Below are positions 14,362 through 20,000 of a DNA stretch of 20,000 nucleotides, piece by piece. This stretch comes from an uncultured Rhodopirellula sp. (GTDB taxonomy: Bacteria; Planctomycetota; Planctomycetia; Pirellulales; Pirellulaceae). The first letter of the stretch is position 1, and every line of letters begins with the position of its first letter. Below the pieces are notes generated by a model that was given only the letters and a program-made list of their open reading frames with translations, had not been told where the DNA came from and did no database searches. Location of the stretch: the NCBI GenBank assembly GCA_964007735.1, contig CAXGAI010000007.1:114635-134634 (forward strand), in the 5' to 3' direction. Position numbers and translations under genes: made by a program.

Positions 14362-15605
14362 ATATCGTCGATCAGAGCTCCATTCTCCACAACACGGATT
14401 GGGCGTCCGACGCTGCTCATGTTTTCATGAAACGCGTCGATACCTAATTTGTCATAGATTGTAGTGAGTAGATTTGGTACCGAGTTCTTACCCTCTAGGA
14501 TCTCTTCGCCAGATTCACTTGTGCGGCCGATTACCTGACCACCGCGCACTCCACAGCCTGCTAACGCAACACTGTACGCCCGAGGAAAGTGATCACGGCC
14601 TCCTCGGGCGTTGATTCGAGGCGTGCGGCCGAATTCACCCATCCAAATGACCAGCGTCGTGTCGAGTAATCCTCGGTCTTTTAGGTCTTCCAGAAGACGT
14701 GCATAGGGGCGGTCGACTTGTCTGCACAGATCGGTTGTACGTTCATAGTTGTCAAAGTGTGTGTCCCAGTTGCCAGAAGTGACTTCGACAAACGTTACAC
14801 CGGATTCGATCAATCGGCGAGCCATGAGGCAGCCGGCTGCGAAATTTCCTTCTCCGTAAGATTCTCGACTGGCCACGTTTTCCTGTTGCAGGTCAAAGGC
14901 TTCCATTAGTGGACTCGTGATCATGCGAGTTGCTTTTCCATAGACCTTGCGGTTGGCTTTTGTCCAGTGTTCGGCTCCCGTACGACTGCTGTCCTCTTCG
15001 AGTTGTTCAAGTAAGCTTAGCCGCCGGGTAAATCTTGGTTTGGTGGTCGGAATTTGGGTATTAGCCGGCTTCTGGTTCGGATTTGTGATCTTGAAGGGAT
15101 CGTGATCCACTCCCAATAGCCCTGCCCCAGTCAGATTCCGCCCTCCTCCGATACGGACGAACGACGGTAAATCAGCATTTGGATTCCCGATATGATGCGA
15201 AACGTGAGAACCGATTGTAGGATGTTTAATACTTGCCGAGGGAAGGTAACCGGTTTGAGCCCAATACGAGGCACGTGGGTGACTTCCTTCCGGACCATGC
15301 ATTCCGCGAAGTAGACAAATGTCTTTCATCGCTTTAGCGGTTTCCGGCAAACGGTCACTGATCTGAACGCCGGTCAATGCCGTTGGTGCGGCTTGTGCAG
15401 CACCAGCGTTCGCTGTACCAGGTTTAGGGTCCCAGGTGTCGAGTTGGCTTGGAGCCCCTCCCATCCAGAGCAGGATACAAGACGTTGCGTTGGCCTGCAT
15501 CGTGGTTGCCTGTCCGATAATGTTAGCCTGCCATGCACTAATTGCCGTTGCTCCGAACGCGGCGCGTTGAAATAGTTCTCGGCGATTTAGTTTTGATGTC
15601 GACAT
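14358..15605 (-). CDS. DUF1501 domain protein with twin-arginine (Tat)-like signal
   Basis: LNRRELFQRAA N-terminus; ILLWMGGAPSQLDTWDPKP, CLMARRLIESGVTFVEV, WDTH, GLLDTTLVIWMGEFGRTPRIN..GGRDHFP and GVRGGQVIGRT. Confidence 0.92.
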   Translation of the reverse strand: MSTSKLNRRELFQRAAFGATAISAWQANIIGQATTMQANATSCILLWMGGAPSQLDTWDPKPGTANAGAAQAAPTALTGVQISDRLPETAKAMKDICLLRGMHGPEGSHPRASYWAQTGYLPSASIKHPTIGSHVSHHIGNPNADLPSFVRIGGGRNLTGAGLLGVDHDPFKITNPNQKPANTQIPTTKPRFTRRLSLLEQLEEDSSRTGAEHWTKANRKVYGKATRMITSPLMEAFDLQQENVASRESYGEGNFAAGCLMARRLIESGVTFVEVTSGNWDTHFDNYERTTDLCRQVDRPYARLLEDLKDRGLLDTTLVIWMGEFGRTPRINARGGRDHFPRAYSVALAGCGVRGGQVIGRTSESGEEILEGKNSVPNLLTTIYDKLGIDAFHENMSSVGRPIRVVENGALIDDI

Positions 15606-15651
15606 GGGGTTGTTCTGCCTCCGTTGTAGTGCCCCGGTGAATATTTGGTTA

Positions 15652-17232
15652 TTAGTTGCGAGTTTTGAATTCAGAAGTATTAATCAAAGCCCAGAAGATG
15701 TCCTCAAATGCTTCGCCTCGGTTCCCAACCTGTTGTATGTATTCAAGGTTCGTTGCCAGCTCCTTGCGATTCGGGCGACGCGAAAGAGTTTTGAGGTAAA
15801 GTTCCTGCACTGCCTGACGATTATTGCTGACTTCGGAAAGCAGGTTTCCTAGCATTGTGCCTGACCTTGCTGTGATCTGACGATGGATTGCTTCGGCATT
15901 CATTAGCATGAGCGCTTGTGGAATCGTGCCAGCTACTTCTTCACGAAGACTGTTAGGATCATATCCAAAAGTCTCTGTGAACTGACGACGAATTCCTAGC
16001 TCAGCTCGTTCGGGTAATTCAGGGAATTGAAGGGTATTGAGAATGGCATCCATTAGTTGGTCAGACCTTAAAGGTTGAACGGTGTTTGCTTGAAATGGTA
16101 ATTGATCGTATAGACGTCGATCCTGACTTTCCAGTTGGTAATGTTGAGTAGAGACAATTGTGGCGACGAGCCATTTCATGTCGTAGCCGGACTCAATGAA
16201 TTTGTCGGCTAAATAGTCAAAGGCTGCCGGCGCAATGGCTTCACGGTCGGGTCCCATGTCGTCTACAGGTTCGTGAAAACCTTCACCTACCAGTTCCGAC
16301 CACATTCGATTGACTGCCGCCTTGGCAAACCATGGATTGTCCGGGGAGGTAACCCATTTCGCCAGCGTGATTCTTCGGTCCATATCGGTTGTACCGAGAG
16401 GTAGTTGCTGATCGTTGATAAAGAATTTGGGCGTGACTTCGGGACCGGGTGTGGCAGGATCTTCAAAGTTTGGCATGCGGTGTTCTAACGTGCCGACAAA
16501 GCGATTGTTGTTTGTGCGTGGTTGAAACCGAATTCGATCGACCGCGTATACGAGAAAAGTTCGCGGTTCCATTTGAGGTCTTACGGCGACGCGTGGAAAG
16601 AATGCGGCCAGTTCATGAAACTGTTCTTGTTTCCAGCGATCTGTGGGATGGTCGTGACATTGAGCGCATTGAATTTGAATTCCAAGAAAGATGCGGGATA
16701 TCTCTGACACAGTTTCTTCGGGACGTCCCTGTTGCGCGGCGATTAAAGCCGTCCTTCCGTCTTGACGAATATCGCCCAGAGCAGTAATCAAGTCGGTTGC
16801 GAACTGATCCCATGGCGTGTTGGTGTTAAGTGTGTCTTGGAAGTAGTCTTCAGCAATGGAAGCTCCCAGCAGTATCTGGTCATTACTGCGACGATAATAA
16901 ATCACATCGCGCCAGAATCTTCCCCAATTGGCTCCGTAATCCGGATCCTGAAGTAATACTTCGGCTACCTTGGTTCGTTTTTCGGGATGAGTTTCCAGAT
17001 TGAAGACAAGAATGTCGTCTAATGTTGGAGTTTTTCCCGTGATATCCAAAAACAGACGACGTAGGTAAATCTCATCACTACAGATCTTATTTGAGGACGG
17101 CTGGGTCTGCTGATCAATCAATCGATCGACTTCCGCCGCGACTTCCAGTACGGACTGGCTGTACGAAGTATTAATCCCTGCGAAGAGTAATAGCAGGCTG
17201 ACAACGGCGAGTTTCAGCATACGCGTGATCAT
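15652..17232 (-). CDS. DUF1549 (PSCyt2) + DUF1553 (PSD1) domain exported protein
   Basis: Signal peptide; YLRRLFLDITGKTPT, FLGIQIQCAQCHDHP, LAKWVTSPDNPWFAKAAVNRMW..LVGEG, QALMLMN, LYLKTLSRRP and DIFWALINTSEF. Confidence 0.92.
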   Translation of the reverse strand: MITRMLKLAVVSLLLLFAGINTSYSQSVLEVAAEVDRLIDQQTQPSSNKICSDEIYLRRLFLDITGKTPTLDDILVFNLETHPEKRTKVAEVLLQDPDYGANWGRFWRDVIYYRRSNDQILLGASIAEDYFQDTLNTNTPWDQFATDLITALGDIRQDGRTALIAAQQGRPEETVSEISRIFLGIQIQCAQCHDHPTDRWKQEQFHELAAFFPRVAVRPQMEPRTFLVYAVDRIRFQPRTNNNRFVGTLEHRMPNFEDPATPGPEVTPKFFINDQQLPLGTTDMDRRITLAKWVTSPDNPWFAKAAVNRMWSELVGEGFHEPVDDMGPDREAIAPAAFDYLADKFIESGYDMKWLVATIVSTQHYQLESQDRRLYDQLPFQANTVQPLRSDQLMDAILNTLQFPELPERAELGIRRQFTETFGYDPNSLREEVAGTIPQALMLMNAEAIHRQITARSGTMLGNLLSEVSNNRQAVQELYLKTLSRRPNRKELATNLEYIQQVGNRGEAFEDIFWALINTSEFKTRN

Positions 17233-17400
17233 GGGTTTTAGTTCTCTGTGGTGCCCCTGAATGGTTATTAAACTCAGGTTATCAACAAGTGTTTCGGTGA
17301 TTCTGGCCGATATAATAAATCTTACCCGAAACCTTTCATATGCTCGGGCTGTTTAATAAAACATTGGAAGCAACGTTCAAGTATTAAGCCAAAAAGAATT

Positions 17401-17865
17401 ATGAGAAACATATCTATCCTCACCGTATTCTTGTTTTTTGTAGTCTGTGTCGAGCTGTTAATAGCTCAACCTCCTGTGAATGTGCAACAACGACAGCAAC
17501 GATATCGCCAGTTGTTACAACGCTTTGATGTGAATGCTAACGGGCAGTTGGATCCCAATGAACAGCAGGCATTACAGAGGTTTATCCAGCAGCGCAATGG
17601 AAATAATCCAATACAACGGATGCCAGTGCAGCGACCTCAACAAAACCAGCCTCCACAAATGCGATCTGAAAATCCACTTCAACAGCGACCTAATGCCGGG
17701 CAACGTCCCGGTAATCGGCCACGTCGCGAAGGCTTTTTCTTTCAGCCGCGTAAAAGGCAGGATAAGCTGGATAAAACACGTCTATTAAATCGCTTTGATG
17801 CTAATCGAGACGGACAGTTGAGTGCTGCTGAACGTGCTGCAGCCATCGAAGCGATGAGTCAGTAA
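17401..17865 (+). CDS. Secreted EF-hand protein with Gln/Pro/Arg-rich linker
   Basis: Signal peptide. Two EF-hand loops (FDVNANGQLDPNE and FDANRDGQLSAAE) separated by a low-complexity linker. Confidence 0.75.
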   Translation: MRNISILTVFLFFVVCVELLIAQPPVNVQQRQQRYRQLLQRFDVNANGQLDPNEQQALQRFIQQRNGNNPIQRMPVQRPQQNQPPQMRSENPLQQRPNAGQRPGNRPRREGFFFQPRKRQDKLDKTRLLNRFDANRDGQLSAAERAAAIEAMSQ

Positions 17866-17869
17866 TTCC

Positions 17870-19843
17870 TCACTTCTCTTTCAACTGCTTGGCAACGAGC
17901 CGATGAATGGCGGCTGGTGCTGAGAGCCCAAGGCGGCCGTCGGGTAATGCTTCAATTAGCCGGATAGAAATGTCATTTTCTTCTTCTTTGGTTAGTTGAT
18001 TGAGAGTATTTACTAGGGCATCTCTTTTGGTAACAGGCATTTTACTGATGTCGTAAAGCCCAATCTGGTTAGCGGCTAATGCATGTTCAGCTGTCGTGAT
18101 TTCGAGCACCCCATTTGCTCGGGCAATATACGACAGACCGGTCTTTCCCAGAGTTTTCTCAAGACAATCCTGTAGAGAGGCGTCTGCAGTGGCAATCTTG
18201 ACCTGACTCTTAGGTGTCCAGCCTGATTGCCAAATGTTTTTCCAGTTGGCCTGAAGCTGCAATTCAGAGTTGGAGTTGAGATAAATCAAAACTTGTAACA
18301 GCGGTGCTCCATTACTGAAATCCATCGTGAGTGTCTTTTGATATTGAGTCCACGAACGCGATTCGTAGGAACCAGTGCCTGTTACCGGATCAGCAATCCT
18401 CGCTAGCAGTTGCCGTACTTTATCCTGAGTGCGGTTATTCCCGGAAATCTCGAGATGGAAGATCTCCCCGGTTTCGTCATCGGCAATTGGCTTGGCTATT
18501 TGCGAATCGGCTGTTGTTAGCAAGGTGTTGATAATGTCACTCAGAGTAGCAGCGGTTTCCTCGTCTTTTAGAGTGTCGACAAGATCTTGCTTGTAGACAA
18601 TCGTGTTAATCGTTGGGTCCGTATGAGATTTTGCCGAAATCAAGACATGTCCGTCTTCAATTTGATGAGCCATTTGTAACGGATTGAGGACAGCCATTAA
18701 TATTTTTTCAATGGTTTGGTTGGACGAGTTATGTTTCACTCCGGCGGTATGACTTAAATTAGCCAATTCCAGTGACTCAAAATCGAATGTGAATGGAATA
18801 TTTCCCAGTGTTCCCAAAAAGTCTAGAAACTGATTGAGTGGTATTGGATTCGCAATATCCATCTCAGGTACTGTGAAACTAAGGCCTCCCTCGATGTTCA
18901 CCGGAGTTGCTGGTGCGCGGGGTGTATCGTTGTTAGTCATGGGAAGTTTAGCCACTGGAGCTGCATCTGCGACATCAATCGGGGCGTTGTTTAGAAACGG
19001 TGCCAAGTCATCAATCACAGAATTCAAATCCTCAGGCATGTCATCGTTGCCCGGATTGTTTGGCGTTTCAGGGATGAGTCCTTCGGGTGCTACAGGCAGA
19101 GGATTTTCGGGTTCGTCAGATACCTGGATTGTATTCTCTTCCAGTTTGCTAGGCGTTTTGGGATTCGTTGGCGTTTCTGAATCCTGCTCCTCGGTTTCTG
19201 GATCCACCGTATCTTCGTTGCTGGTCTCATCCGAAGTAGTCTTAGCTTCGTTTGGCTCTTTTGCTTGAGTTGAGACGTCCTCTTCAGCGGGCCCTTTTTG
19301 TTCAGGCTGGTTGTTCTGAACTTGTGAATTGTCTTGGTTGTTGATCGCGGTTTCGGAAGTCTTCTCACCTGTGAGGCTGAAGGTGATAATGACGCCAATG
19401 AGGATTAAGGCGGAGATGCATGAAAAGATAGCAAGAAGTTTTTTATGTTTCCCAGTGGCCGAGGTGTCGGCCCAGTCGGATAAGGTTCCTTGGTTGAAAG
19501 AATCATTGGAGTCGACGACAGACGGAGATGCCTTGTCAGAACCGGGAGAGGTATGTGTGCTTGCATCCTGGTTGTTGGGGCTATTTGTACTTCCCGCGGA
19601 AATTTGGTTAGCAGTGTAGCCGAAATCTTCTACCGTATCGGTGTGGTCGTCGTGTTGTTGAGCGATGGAAACTTCAGGACTATCTGAAGCCGGAGCAAGA
19701 ATTTCAGTTTCTGAAGGATGGCTTTCCGGGATTTGTACCATGCTATTGCATTTAGGGCAGACGAGGATTTGCCCAAGCAATGCCGGCTTACTTACCGTCA
19801 GTTTTGATTTGCAGGTGACGCACTGAATTGAAAAGGGCTGCAT
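17870..19843 (-). CDS. Bitopic membrane protein: N-terminal Zn-ribbon, TM helix, acidic linker, secretin-N/STN-like periplasmic repeats
   Basis: CVTC...CPKC N-terminus and TM LLAIFSCISALILIGVIITFSL, then a D/E/P/T-rich linker. Two repeats of the type 'PL.Q.L..L....I.F..D...L' ... 'I..IL..VL.PL.MAHQIEDGHVLIS' / 'SLQDCLEKTLGKTGLSYIARANGVLEITT'. Confidence 0.6.
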   Translation of the reverse strand: MQPFSIQCVTCKSKLTVSKPALLGQILVCPKCNSMVQIPESHPSETEILAPASDSPEVSIAQQHDDHTDTVEDFGYTANQISAGSTNSPNNQDASTHTSPGSDKASPSVVDSNDSFNQGTLSDWADTSATGKHKKLLAIFSCISALILIGVIITFSLTGEKTSETAINNQDNSQVQNNQPEQKGPAEEDVSTQAKEPNEAKTTSDETSNEDTVDPETEEQDSETPTNPKTPSKLEENTIQVSDEPENPLPVAPEGLIPETPNNPGNDDMPEDLNSVIDDLAPFLNNAPIDVADAAPVAKLPMTNNDTPRAPATPVNIEGGLSFTVPEMDIANPIPLNQFLDFLGTLGNIPFTFDFESLELANLSHTAGVKHNSSNQTIEKILMAVLNPLQMAHQIEDGHVLISAKSHTDPTINTIVYKQDLVDTLKDEETAATLSDIINTLLTTADSQIAKPIADDETGEIFHLEISGNNRTQDKVRQLLARIADPVTGTGSYESRSWTQYQKTLTMDFSNGAPLLQVLIYLNSNSELQLQANWKNIWQSGWTPKSQVKIATADASLQDCLEKTLGKTGLSYIARANGVLEITTAEHALAANQIGLYDISKMPVTKRDALVNTLNQLTKEEENDISIRLIEALPDGRLGLSAPAAIHRLVAKQLKEK

Positions 19844-20000
19844 GGAATCCCCGTCACGTTGATTCGTGGACTTTTGACAAGTTCAAGACTTGTCAGTACT
19901 GTTTGTTTCTTCTCATTATTCTACGAAAACAGAAGGAAGAGTGTATTGTTTAGTTTCGGCAGCCTTAAGCAAATTCGCAATGGGTTCTAAATCTCCACTT

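Noticed and set aside
17488..17730. CAA/CAG-rich repetitive DNA
   Set aside because: Explained by the Gln-rich low-complexity protein sequence; no fixed repeat-spacer periodicity.
18834..19687. Several long plus-strand ORFs (18834..19268, 19329..19619, 19490..19687)
   Set aside because: Antisense shadows of the low-complexity acidic linker of the 657-aa gene.

Overview
Gene-dense bacterial DNA, almost certainly from a planctomycete (Pirellulales-like), judged by the PSCyt1 c-type cytochrome domains, a DUF1549/DUF1553 + DUF1501 pair and a planctomycete-type Ser/Thr kinase. (i) 1-6453, minus strand: a probable 7-gene operon of glutaredoxin-like protein, TIGR04282/DUF2064-type GT-A transferase, ThiO-like amino-acid oxidase, FAD/NAD(P)H flavoprotein, Cys-rich radical SAM enzyme, atypical metallophosphoesterase and a GT-C membrane glycosyltransferase. 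The GT-C gene runs off the left edge and is missing from the ORF track. The combination suggests a variant organoarsenic/arsenosugar-type pathway. (ii) 6641-14361, plus strand: Ser/Thr kinase, di-haem PSCyt1 protein, APH/MtnK-like small-molecule kinase, an enolase paralogue with two active-site substitutions, a cupin and a type I-beta DAHP synthase. The DAHP synthase is preceded by an unannotated Phe/Trp-rich leader peptide with a complete protector/antiterminator/terminator attenuator. (iii) 14358-19843: DUF1501, DUF1549/DUF1553, a secreted EF-hand protein and a Zn-ribbon membrane protein with secretin-N-like domains. No RNA genes, CRISPR arrays or mobile elements were seen. All family assignments are from motif recognition by eye, not from database searches.
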